NCBI GenBank assembly: GCA_038087875.1
Contig: JAXLNO010000446.1
Coordinates: 983,764-1,003,763 of the forward strand
Source of the DNA: Malacoraja senta
Lineage: Eukaryota
Length of the DNA stretch: 20,000 nucleotides
Direction of reading: 5' to 3'
Position 1 is the first letter of the stretch, and every line of letters starts with the position of its first letter. A model generated the notes under the pieces. That model was not told where the DNA came from. It worked only from the letters and a program-made list of their open reading frames with translations, and made no database searches. The position numbers and the translations under genes were made by a program. This document shows, piece by piece, positions 10,225-19,477 of the stretch.

Positions 10225-10409
10225 CCCTCAAGACCAAGATTGGCTTTGCCCCCCTATAAGACTTCAGCTTTTGGACCAGTCCTACCCCAAAACGTTAATT
10301 TGCAAGTTGAATCAGTGGACTAGAACAGGGCTGTAACGCTGAAGATTTATTAAGGCACAGGTTAGACCGCGTTTGGAGGATTGTGAGCAATTTTGTGTTG
10401 GACCTCCAC

Positions 10410-10570
10410 CCTGGGAAAAAGGTTCTGACTGTCTACCCTGTCTGTGCCTCTCATAATTTCATATATTTCTATCAGGTCACCCCTCAAACCCTGACGCTCC
10501 AGAGAAAACAATCCAACCTCTCCCTGCAGCTCATGTCCTCTAATCCAGGCAGCATTCAAGTAAACCTTCA
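10410..10570 (-). mobile_element. CR1 ORF2 C-terminal fragment
   Basis: VGLFSLERQGLRGDLIEIYEIMRGTDRVDSQNLFP in ORF 10362-10571. Confidence 0.85.
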
Positions 10571-10825
10571 TGGCAAACTGTTTGAGAAATGATCGAGGCC
10601 ACAGATCTCACAACACTGCACACCATGAAAGGAAGTTTGTAGTTGTTATCATTATGATTTTAATTAGGTCTGAATTATCTCTCCTGAACTATTCCCTTTA
10701 ACAATATATCGAATTATCTCAGTCAAAGTTTGCTGGAATTCAGAGTTGACAACATTAATTCTCATTTAAAAGGAAGCAGCGCATTTTATGGGCTACAAAG
10801 TCAGTTGCATAACACAAATGGAAAT

Positions 10826-11360
10826 AAGGAACTGCAGATGCTGCTTTACAAAAGAAGGCACAGAGTGCTGGAGAAACTCAGCGGGTCAGGCAGCATCTGT
10901 GGAGAACATGGATAGGTGACGTTTCACAGAGTGCTGGAGTAACTCAGCGGGTCAGGCAGCATCTGTGGAGCGAAGGAAATGGGCAACCTTTCGGGCCGAA
11001 ACCCTGAAGGAAATAGGCAACGTTTTGGGCCGAAACCCGGAAGGGTTTCGGGCCGAAACGTTGCCTATTTCCTTCGCTCTATAGATGCTGCCGGAACATG
11101 GATAGGTGACGTTTCACAGAGTGCTGGAGTAACTCAGCGGGTCAGGCAGCATCTGTGGAGAACATGGATAGGTGACGTTTCACAGAGTGCTGGAGTAACT
11201 CAGCGGGTCAGGCAGCATCTGTGGAGAACATGGATAGGTGACGTTTCACAGAGTGCTGGAGTAACTCAGCGGGTCAGGCAGCATCTGTGGAGAACATGGA
11301 TAGGTGACGTTTCACAGAGTGCTGGAGTAACTCAGTGGGTCATGCAGCATCTGTGGAGAA
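10826..11360 (-). repeat. 66-bp tandem array with palindromic core (copy 4) inside a PLE repeat
   Basis: PLE end aaggaactgcagatgctg from about 10826; units end at 10925, 11115, 11181, 11247 and 11313; core about 10971-11093. Confidence 0.95.
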
Positions 11361-11384
11361 AATATTTAGGTGATTTGCTGGAGC

Positions 11385-11932
11385 AGAGTTAGTCATAGAG
11401 TCACACAGCACCTAAGCAGCCCCGTCACCCAATTCTTCTCTACATGACCTTGATGTCCCATTTGCCCACCTTTAGCTCATATCCTCTAATCCTTTCCTAT
11501 CCATTTACCTGCGTGTCTTTTAAATGGACGTCACGGTGGCGCAGCGGTAGAGATGCTGCCTCACAGCACCAGAGACCCGGGTTCCATCCTGCCTACGGGT
11601 GCTGTCTGTACGAGTTTGTACGTTCTGCTCGTGACCTGCGTGGGTTTTCTCCGGGTGCTCCGGTTTCCTCCCACACTCCAAGGACGTGCAGGTTTGTAGG
11701 TTAATTGGCTTGGTGTAATTGTAAATTGTCCCTAGTGTGTGTAGGATAGTGTTAGTGTGCGGGGATCGCTGGTCGGAGTGGACTCGCTGGGCCGAAGGGC
11801 CTGTTTCTGTGCTGTATCTCTAAACTAAACTAAACTAAGCTAACTGTTGTCAGAGTACCGACTTCAACTACCACCTGTGGCGGCTTGTTCCCATACACCC
11901 ACCACTTACTGTGCAACTCTTGCCCCTCAGAT
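11385..11932 (-). mobile_element. Old CR1 3' end split by the SINE at 11525-11843
   Basis: gtcatagagtcacacagca...atttacctgcgtgtcttttaaatg resumes after the SINE as tgttgtcagagtacc..ttcaactaccacc..ttgcccctcagatt. Confidence 0.7.
11525..11843 (+). mobile_element. HE1-like SINE, full length
   Basis: cacggtggcgcagcggtagag...gggttccatcc...V-domain...gggccgaagggcctgtttctgtgctgtatctctaaactaaactaaac. Confidence 0.92.
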
Positions 11933-12075
11933 TAGGAATACATTATCTATATGGGTACATCGTTCTAAAGTATATAGTTCTCCAAAAGTCATGTCACACG
12001 CAGACAAGATGGGAAGAAGGCTTTTGCTTCATTGGCCTTCATCAGTCTACGTATAGAAGTTGGGATGTCATGTTA

Positions 12076-12708
12076 AGGGCCTGTCCCACTTAGGTGATTT
12101 TTTTCGGCGACTACAGGCGACTAGGCTGTCGCATCATGGTCACCAAGGTGTCGCCTGTATGGTCGTGAGTAGCCTCCCCAGTCGCCCATAGAGTCGCTCG
12201 TAACGTCTTTCTGGTCGCCACTGGATTTTGAAATGTTCAAAACTTTTCACGACTGTGGCTTGACGTAGCTTGTCTTCTCCTGGTGCAGGTGCTGATGTAG
12301 GTTGTCGCCAGGTGATGCAGGTTGTCGCCAGGTGATGCAGGTTGTCGCCAGGAGATGCAGGTTGCCGCCGGTGCTGACTTCAGTGAATTCATTGGCGACT
12401 ACCTACGTCAACCAACGTCGACTGGCGACAGGTACCGGCGACTGAATTGTCTTCAGTTGTCTCCGACAGGATCGTTGCTTGTTGTAGCTTGCCGCGGTGG
12501 GCGTAGGTTGCCGTAGGTGCGGTCGTGGGTGGACATCCTAATGGGTCGCAGGTTACCGGCAGCTTGCCATAGCTTGACGTCGACTAGGTGGTAGGTTGTT
12601 GTAGACATTGTCATAGGGGGGTCCAGTAGCCGTTTTTTTCAGCGACCTACTACGACTATGACAGTCGCTGGCATCCGCCGAAAAAATCGCCTAAGTGGGC
12701 CAGGCCCT
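12076..12708. mobile_element. Non-autonomous DNA transposon (MITE), probably PIF/Harbinger
   Basis: About 34-bp TIRs agggcctgtcccacttaggtgatttttttcggcg / cgccgaaaaaatcgcctaagtgggccaggccct; TTA duplicated at 12073-12075 and 12709-12711. Confidence 0.88.
12293..12369. repeat. 20-bp minisatellite inside the MITE
   Basis: gttgtcgccaggtgatgcag three times plus partial copies. Confidence 0.9.
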
Positions 12709-12872
12709 TTACTGTTCTACAAGAGGTTCGTGAGGCGTCTTTTGGAGTATTGTGTTCTATCTTGGTCAGCCTGCTTTAGAAATGATACGATTAAGCTGGA
12801 AAAGGTGCAGAGAAGATTTAGGGGAATGGTGCAAGGACTCGAGGACCTGAGGTTGAGCAGTCTAGGAATTTA

Positions 12873-13568
12873 AGGCCCTGTCCCACTTACGTGTCCTGGC
12901 ATGCAAATTACACGACCCTCGTGGTCGCGTTGAGGCGCACGGGCATCGTGTGGCCGCGCGGGGCCGGTCCCACTGAGAAGTGCTGAGGGGTATGTTGTTG
13001 TGCGCGACATCGCGCGGGGCACGGAAATTTTTGTAGTGAACAAAACCTTCGCGCGCCACCGGCCTGTCGCGTAACTGACGGGCAAAGTGGGACAGGCCCA
13101 AGACCCTGGTGCGACGCAACGTCTCACCTCCAACAGCAGCAGAAGCAGGCAAACGATCGCCGAGCTCGGCCTGGGGCTCACGGCCGTTGCGGTCCGGATC
13201 CGCCCCCACTTCTACTCCCAGAGCGGGGCCAAGAAAATTGAAGATAGACACAAAATGCTGGAGTAACTCAGCGGGACCGGCATCATCTCTGGAGAGAAGC
13301 AATGGGTGACGTTTCGGGTCAAGACCCTTCTTTTCAGACTGAAGACAAGTCTTGACCCGAAACGTCACCCGTTCCTTCTCTCCAGAGATGCTGCCAGTCC
13401 CACTGAGTTACTCCAGCTTTGTGTCCATCTTCAAATGACGTCACGCGCTCCAGACGGCTATGCGGGCGCATGAAATCGTGCCCGACCTTCGCGGGGACCG
13501 TCGCGCCTCAACACGACCACGAGGTCGCGAAATTAGCATGCCAAGGACACGTAAGTGGGACAGGAGCT
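12873..13568. mobile_element. Second MITE family, probably PIF/Harbinger, containing a PLE fold-back
   Basis: Imperfect TIRs of about 70 bp, aggccctgtcccacttacgtgtcc..ctcgtggtcgcgttgaggcgc / gcgcctcaacacgaccacgag..ggacacgtaagtgggacaggagct; TTA at 12870-12872 and 13569-13571. Confidence 0.88.
13238..13434. mobile_element. PLE-derived fold-back (about 95-bp inverted arms with almost no spacer), hammerhead-like boxes at the apex
   Basis: ttgaagatagacacaaa..ggtgacgtttcgggtcaagac / gtcttgacccgaaacgtcaccc..tttgtgtccatcttcaa; ctgaaga..gaaacgtc at 13339-13366. Confidence 0.85.
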
Positions 13569-13889
13569 TTATTCCTTGCAGCACTGGAGCATGAGGAGTG
13601 TACAAAATCATGAGAGGAATAGATAGGGTGAATGCACAGAGTCTTTTACCTCAGCGTAGGCGAATTAAGAACCAGAGGACATAGGTTTAAGTTGAGGGCG
13701 GTAAAGATTTAACAGGAACTTGAGGAGATCCTTGAATGAATAGTGAAAGGCCTGGATAGAGTGGATGTAGAGAGGATGTTTCCACCAGTGGGAGTGTCTA
13801 GGACCAGAGTCCTTAGTCTTTAGGAAGGAGATGAGTAGGAATTTCTTCAGTCAGAGGATGGTGAATCTGTGGAATTAATTGCCTCACAT

Positions 13890-14268
13890 GGTCCGAAACT
13901 CCCTGGTCAACTCGTCCCTCCCCACCCAAACCACTCCCTCCCCAGGTACTTTCCCAGTAACCACAGCAGATGCAACACCTGTCCCTTTACCTCCCCCCTC
14001 GACTCCATCGACTCGAAGGGCCCGAATGGCCTACTACTGCACCTATTGTCTATTGTCTATTGACCCAAACAATCTTTCCAGGTGAGGCAGAGGTTCACTT
14101 GCACCTCCTCCAACCTCATCCACTGTATCCGCTGTTCCAGGTGTCAACTTCTCTACATCGGCGAGACCAAGCGCAGGCTCGGCGATCGTTTCACTGAACA
14201 CCTCCGCTCAGTCCGTCTTAGCTTACCTGCTCGCCTGGTGGCTCAGCACTTTAACTCCCCCTCCCATC
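13890..14268 (+). mobile_element. PLE fragment (linker and GIY-YIG) interrupted by a CR1 tail at about 14010-14061
   Basis: RNSLVNSSLP..GTFP..RCNTCPF, then VRQRFTCTSSNLIHCIRCSRCQLLYIGETKRRLGDRFTEHLRSV..VAQHFNSPSH. Confidence 0.88.
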
Positions 14269-14269
14269 C

Positions 14270-14557
14270 CAAAATCTTTTGGCGACACTGATATGACGCC
14301 GGCAGTCGCCGAAAAAATCGCCAGGCCTTTAAGACGGGGCTATTTATTTACTCGTGAACATTTTTCATCAGGCTGAAAAAACGTCCCGACATACCTGATG
14401 CCCTGAGTACCTACGGCTGGCTTTACGAGCCGCTGCGATATATCCACGGACTCTCACGGCCTCCTACGGGCTCGTTACGAACATTCTGCGAGTTTGAATT
14501 AAGGGAAAAACTCGGGAGAATTCGTGAATAACTCGGGAAAGTGGGACAGGCGCTTTA
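14270..14557. mobile_element. Two right-end MITE fragments in tandem
   Basis: About 14270-14331 ends gtcgccgaaaaaatcgccaggccttta (related to 12677-12711, with a deletion); about 14340-14554 has a different interior but ends aagtgggacaggcgct followed by tta. Confidence 0.65.
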
Positions 14558-14569
14558 ATCTTCCCTCAT

Positions 14570-14730
14570 TAAACGTTATTGATGTTATTCCCTTTATCCT
14601 GCATTGATTCACTGAGGACGGCTCGACTGTAACAATGTGTAGTCTTTCCGCTGACTGCATAGAATGCAACAAAAAAGCTTTTTACTGTACCTCGGTACAC
14701 ATGACAATAAACTAAACTAAACTAAACTAA
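14570..14730 (+). mobile_element. LINE 3' tail, probably Rex1/Babar-related
   Basis: Ends ctgtacctcggtacacatgacaataaa(ctaaa)n; acacatgacaataaact is shared with the 3' end of the Rex1/Babar copy at about 14835-14851 (minus strand). Confidence 0.6.
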
Positions 14731-14809
14731 AATGAGATGAGGAATCTTGATCAGTGTGGACAAGTTGGGCTGAAGAGCCTGTTTCCGTTCTGTTGGACTC
14801 CATGACTCT

Positions 14810-15488
14810 CAAGTCAAGTCAAGTCAAGTCAAGTGAGTTTATTGTCATGTGTCCCTGGTAGGACAATGAAATTCTTGCTTAGCTTGAGCACAACAGAACA
14901 TAGTAGGCATTTACTACAAGGCATTCTATAAATATATACACAATGGTCAATATACTGATAAAGTGCAAATAACAGTATTGGCTAATAAAGTTCAGTGTTA
15001 TGTCCGAGCCAGGTTTAATAGCCTGATGGCTGTGGGGAAGTAACTGTTCCTGAACCTGGTCGTTGCAGTCTTCAGGCTCCTGTACCTTCTACCTGAAGGT
15101 AGTAGGGAGATGAGTGTGTGGCCAGGATGGTGTGGGTCCTTGATGATGCTGCCAGCTTTTTTGAGGCAGCGACTGCGATAGATCCCCTCGATGGAAGGGA
15201 GGTCAGAGCCGATGATGGACTGGGCAGTGTTTACTACTTTTTGTAGTCTTTTCCTCTCCAGGGCACTCAAGTTGCCGAACCAAGCCACGATGCAGCCGGT
15301 CAGCATGCTCTCTACTGTGCACCTGTAGAAGTTAGAGAGAGTCCTCCTTGACAAACCGACTCTCCGTAATCTTCTCAGGAAGTAGAGGCGCTGATGTGCT
15401 TTCTTAATAATGGCATCATTGTTCTCGGACCAGGAAAGATCTTCAGAGATGTGCATGCCCAGGAATTTGAAGCTCTTGACCCTTTTCG
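14810..15488 (-). mobile_element. Rex1/Babar-type LINE, 5'-truncated, with (cttga)n tail
   Basis: ORF 14998-15456 HISEDLSWS..IIKKAHQRLYFLRRLRR..FYRCTVESMLTGCIVAWFGN..LQKVVNTAQSIIG..IIKDPHHPGH..LLPSGRRYRS..TTRFRNSYFPTAIRLLN. Confidence 0.9.
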
Positions 15489-15517
15489 ACTAGGATGCGA
15501 TTCTGATCAATGGAAAG

Positions 15518-15730
15518 TAGACAAAAATGCTGGAGAAACTCAGCGGGTGAGGCAGCATCTATGGAGCGAAGGAATGGGCGACGTTTCGGGTGGACACAGT
15601 CTGAAGAAGGGTCTCGATCCGAAACGTCACCTATTCCTTCGCTCCATAGATGCTGCCTCACCCGCTGAGTTTCTCCAGCATTTTTGTCTACCTTCGATTT
15701 TTCCAGCATCTGCAGTTCTTTCTTAAACAA
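15518..15730 (+). mobile_element. PLE-derived fold-back insertion with perfect 15-bp target duplication
   Basis: ctgatcaatggaaag at 15503-15517 and 15731-15745; inverted arm 15518-15590 pairs with about 15618-15690. Confidence 0.9.
15601..15628 (+). ncRNA. Minimal hammerhead ribozyme core
   Basis: CTGAAGA-A-GGGTC TC GATCC-GAAAC-GTC. Confidence 0.65.
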
Positions 15731-15837
15731 CTGATCAATGGAAAGATCAGCCATGCAAACGTTGGCCTCTGATCCCACCCACACCCCGATCATTCAACAA
15801 TGGTCATCCAAGATCACCAGAACAAAGAGAAGACATT

Positions 15838-15966
15838 GAGAACCAGAGGAAATACAACAGTTTAAGGTGAGGGGGAAAAGATTTAATAGGAACCTGAGTG
15901 GCAAACTTTTCACACAAAAGGTGGTGGGAGTATGGAACAAGCTGCCAGAGGAGGTAGTTGAGACAG
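15838..15966 (+). mobile_element. CR1 fragment
   Basis: Inverse of about 17502-17625. Confidence 0.8.
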
Positions 15967-15998
15967 TACCTTGATTCCACTACTCTGGGCAAGAGACC

Positions 15999-16531
15999 CT
16001 GCGTCTCTGTGTCTCTGTGTCTCTGTGTCTCTGTGTCTCTGTGTCTCTGTGACTCTGTGACTCTGTGTTTCTGTGTCTCTGTGTCTCTGTGTCTCTGTTG
16101 ACTCTGTGTTTCTGTGTCTCTGTGACTCTGTGACTCTGTGACTCTGTGACTGTGACTCTGTGACTGTGACTGTGACTCTGTGTCTCTGTGTCTCTGTGTC
16201 TCTGTGACTCTGTGACTGTGTCTCTGTGATTTTGTGACTCCGTGTCTCCGTGACTCCGTGATTCCGTGTCTCTGTGTCTCTGTGTCTCTGTGTCTCTGTG
16301 TCTCTGTGTCTCTGTGACTCCGTGTCTCCGTGTCTCTGTGTCTCTGTGTCTCTGTGTCTCCGTGACTCCGTGATTCTGTGTCTCTGTGTCTCTGTGTCTC
16401 TGTGTCTCTGTGTCGCTGTGTCTCTGTGTCTCTGTGTCTCTGTGTCTCTGTGTCTCTGTGTCTCTGTGTCTCTGTGACTGTGTGTCTCTGTGTCTCTGTG
16501 ACTCTGTGTCTCTGCGACTGTGTGTCTCTGC
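15999..16531. repeat. Octamer satellite (tctctgtg)n with gactctgt and gactccgt variants
   Basis: Directly visible 8-bp period; accounts for ORFs 15804-16613, 16274-16477 and 16378-16647. Confidence 0.97.
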
Positions 16532-16824
16532 GATTCCTTGACTCCATGACTCTCAATCTTTTAAATATCACCTTGGTTGTAAAAGCAGGACAGAATCTAA
16601 CAAAGGATTTCATTGGAGCTGGTGACCTTGTAGTGATTCACCCTTAAAGTTAGCCAATGAATAATTAATCCATGGATATGAAGTTCCTTTATTTTAACAC
16701 ATCCATTAATCTATTTTAAAATAAGTGGACATGAAATATTCCCGTGTTCAGCTTTCATACACTGATCTGCATAACGCAGAATATCAAGAGAGAGATGTTC
16801 TGAGCTAGCATTATGACTCTTCTG

Positions 16825-17110
16825 TTTAGTTTAGTTTCAAGTTACAGTATGGAAACAGGCCCTTCGGCCCACCGAGTCCGTGCCGACCAGCGATCCCCGC
16901 ACACTAACACTAACCTACACACACTAGGGACAATTTACAATTATACCAAGCCAATTAACCTACAAACCTGCACGTCTTTGGAGTGTGGGAGGAAACCAGA
17001 GAACCCGGAGAAAACCCACGCAGGTCACGGGGAGAACGTGCAAACTCCGCACAGACCCGGGTCTCTGGCGCTGTGTGGCAGCAACTCTACCGCTGCGCCA
17101 CCGTGTCACC
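16825..17110 (-). mobile_element. HE1-like SINE with an internal deletion over the B-box
   Basis: cgcacagac joins ccgggtctctgg directly; other copies have agcacccgtagtcaggatggaa-like sequence here. Confidence 0.9.
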
Positions 17111-17165
17111 AGGTTGTTTGCAGCGCAAAGCATTTCTCTGTACCTAGGTACATGTGACAATAAAG

Positions 17166-17268
17166 TAAAGATAGACAATAACAAACTTGAGTAACTCAGT
17201 GGGACAGGCAGCATCTCTGTAGAAAAGGAACGGGTGACGTTTTGGGTCTGGACCCTTCGTCCGACTGA
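17166..17268 (-). mobile_element. PLE terminal-repeat fragment, preceded by a short Rex-type tail (about 17120-17165)
   Basis: gagtaactcagtgggacaggcagcatctctg..gggtgacgttttgggtctggacccttcgtccgactga. Confidence 0.75.
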
Positions 17269-17324
17269 CCTGATCCATGTCTGACTCCAAACGTCTTGTA
17301 CAACTTATTTTCAAACATCGTGAT

Positions 17325-17801
17325 AGAGTCATAGCGTTATAGAGTGATGCAGAGTGGAAATAAGGCCCTTCGGCCCAACTTGCCCACATCGGCCAACATG
17401 CCCCATCTACACTAGTCCCACCTGCCCATGTTTGGCCCATATCCCTCCAAACCTATCCTGTCCATGTACCTGCCTAACTGTTTCTTAACCATTGTGATAG
17501 TCCCAGCCTCAACTACCTCCTCCGGCAGCTCGTTCCATACACCCACCACCCTTTGTGTGAAAAAGTTACCCCTCAGATTCCTATTAAATCTTTTCCCCTT
17601 CATCTTAAACTTATGTCCTCTGGTCCTTATTCCCCTACTCTGGGCAAGAGACTGTGTGCGTCTACCCGATCTATTCCTCTCATGATTTTATACACCTCGT
17701 GAAGATCACCCCTCATCCTCCTGCGCTCCAAGGAATAGAGACCCAGCCTGCTCAACCTCTCCCTGTAGCTCACACCCTCTAGTCCTGGCATCACCCTCGT
17801 G
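17325..17801 (-). mobile_element. CR1 3' end (HER1-like)
   Basis: TRVMPGLEGVSYRERLSRLGLYSLERRRMRGDL and RGNFFTQRVVGVWNELPEEVVEAGTI..LGRYM; tail gggccgaagggcc..tttcc shared with the SINE. Confidence 0.92.
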
Positions 17802-17873
17802 ATGTGGGAAAGACAGAGCGACAAAAATACGTGCAGGCAAAGAAGCCGATTCATCTTATTTTAAATCACTTGC

Positions 17874-18115
17874 CCAGTAAAGGGTGGTTACTTCCACAGC
17901 TTCAGAAGCCATCAGGTCTGTAGACGATTGTGAACAGCTTGCCTTTATTACTCTGTGTGCCTCAGCAGTCACCAGCGTTACTGGTGTCCCATCCCCTCCA
18001 CTGTTATGTTCTGCTGTTCGATGCTTAGGTGAGTTTACTGATTCAGTGAGAATTGCTTCACAGACTACTGGCTCTGTGTGAGTAACAGGGGAGCTGTTCA
18101 CTAACGCAAGCTGTC
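17874..18115 (-). other. Weak candidate coding exon (S/T/E-rich peptide) in non-repetitive sequence
   Basis: ORF 17856-18101 lies in unique DNA; possible acceptors tgacag| or cgttag|, possible donors GAA|gtaacc (17892) or TGG|gcaagt (17874); no recognised homology. Confidence 0.25.
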
Positions 18116-18280
18116 AGCTCGATCAACATCAGAGGTCGGAACTACTATCGAGCTGCGGGCTTCAGTGCAGTAGCGTGCGATGGGAATAGAGATACAAGAG
18201 GCAGCGGATGTCAGCAAAACACAGAGCGCTGGAGGAACTGGGCAAACCAAGACCTGACATAGATTGAGCCTGGTCCCAAC

Positions 18281-18706
18281 CAGAGGAGGTTTACCAGAAT
18301 GATCCCAGGAATGAGTGGGTTAACGTACGATGAGTGTTTGAAGGCACTGGGCTTGTACTCGCTGGTGTTTAGAAGGATGAGGGGACACCTCATTGAAACT
18401 TACCGGACAGTGAAAGGCCTGGATAGAGTGGATGTGCAGAGGATGTTTCCAATAGTGGGAGTGTCCAGGACCAGAAGGCACAGCCCCATAATAAAAATGC
18501 CCACCTTTAGGAAGGAGATGAGGAGGAATTTATTTAGCCAGAGGGCGGTGAATCTGGAGAATTCATTTTGCTAAGGGTGTCAGGGGTTATGGGAGAAGGC
18601 AGGAGAATGGGGTTGAGAGGGAAAAATAGATCAGTCATGATTGAATGGCGGAGTAGACTTGATGGGCCGAATGGCCTAATTCTGCTCCTCGAATTTATGA
18701 ACTTAT
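18281..18706 (+). mobile_element. CR1 3' end
   Basis: RMIPGMSGLTYDECLKALGLYSLVFRRMRGHLIETY..FSQRAVNL followed by 3' UTR ending ttatgaacttatga. Confidence 0.9.
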
Positions 18707-18808
18707 GACCCGAAACAAACCCTGTCCATGTTCTCCAGAGATGCTGCCTGACCCACTGAGTTACTCATCACTTTGTGTCCTTTTTTGTAAACCGGCATCT
18801 GCAGTTCC
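18706..18808 (+). mobile_element. PLE terminal-repeat fragment
   Basis: acccgaaac..tccatgttctccagagatgctgcctgacccactgagttactc..gtaaaccggcatctgcagttcc; resembles the monomer parent of the 66-bp unit. Confidence 0.8.
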
Positions 18809-18878
18809 ATGTTTCCAAACTGCTTGAAAACCTGACGATACAGATTCACCCATTGCTGACCAAACAGTCCATTGATAT

Positions 18879-18963
18879 CAGTCTGACCCGAAACGTCACC
18901 CATTCCTTCTCTCCAGAGATGCTGCCTGTCCCGCTGAGTTACTCCAGCATTTTGTGTCTATCT
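18879..18963 (+). mobile_element. 85-bp PLE terminal-repeat insertion with 11-bp target duplication
   Basis: tccattgatat at 18868-18878 and 18964-18974. Confidence 0.8.
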
Positions 18964-19205
18964 TCCATTGATATATGAGGTTGGAGTAGGGGTTGCAAGA
19001 ATAAATATTTAGCTGATCAATCGTCCCATTGTTGATATTCTATATTGCTGTGTACACAGTTTTAGACGCATTAGTTAAACAGCTAACAGCTACGTCATTT
19101 GTGTCCCATATCACTGCGGGACCAAGGTGAATCATCGATTGAGCTCTTCAATCCCGATGGAAGGCACTAGAAAAATATCTGCCTCTAACATTTATAACTA
19201 ACCTG

Positions 19206-19429
19206 TAGACAAAAATGATGGAGAAACTCAACGGGTGAGGCAGCATCTATGGAGCGAAGGAATAGGTGACGTTTCGGGTCGAGACCCTTCGTCAGACTGA
19301 TACCAATTGTCTGCTCGGCCCGAAACGTCACCAATTCCTTCGCTCCATAGATGCTGCCTCATCCGTTGAGTTTCTCCAGCATTTTTGTCTACCTTCGATT
19401 TTTCTAGCATCTGCAGTTTTCTCTTAAAC
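19206..19429. mobile_element. PLE-derived fold-back insertion with 12-bp target duplication
   Basis: ataactaacctg at 19194-19205 and 19430-19441; arms 19206-19280 and about 19317-19391 are inverted. Confidence 0.9.
19268..19295 (-). ncRNA. Minimal hammerhead ribozyme core (best-preserved copy)
   Basis: Minus strand CTGACGA-A-GGGTC TC GACCC-GAAAC-GTC. Confidence 0.7.
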
Positions 19430-19477
19430 ATAACTAACCTGGTTATCACTAAGTTGAACAATAATGCTCCATGTACA

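Larger units (their letters stand above)
11960..13880 (+). mobile_element. Old CR1 fragments (about 11960-12075, 12712-12872, 13572-13728, 13740-13882) split by two MITEs
   Basis: YRSWDVML | LFYKRFVRRLLEYCVLSWSACFRNDTIKLEKVQRRFRGMVQGLE..LSSLG | tacaaaatcatgagaggaatagatagggtgaatgcacagagtc; continuity is restored when the MITEs are removed. Confidence 0.8.

Noticed and set aside
4715..11360. CRISPR array reading of the 66-bp repeats
   Set aside because: Units are contiguous with no unique spacers, there are no cas genes, and the unit is homologous to PLE terminal repeats in a vertebrate-type context.
10979..11392. Repeat-protein genes (TWIGDVSQSAGVTQRVRQHLWR)n, also ORFs 4659-5138 and 9425-9616
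   Set aside because: They stay open only because the 66-bp unit is a multiple of three and lacks a stop in one frame; there is no gene context.
11525..11600. tRNA gene (also the other SINE heads)
   Set aside because: The A/B-box-like head continues into SINE body and tail in seven dispersed copies.
12076..13568. CpG-island promoter, or GC-rich ORFs 12322-12516, 12862-13368 and 12870-13181
   Set aside because: The GC-rich sequence is bounded exactly by terminal inverted repeats and TTA duplications, and there are no transposase motifs.
15804..16613. 269-aa ORF, the longest in the window
   Set aside because: It is a translation of the octamer satellite.
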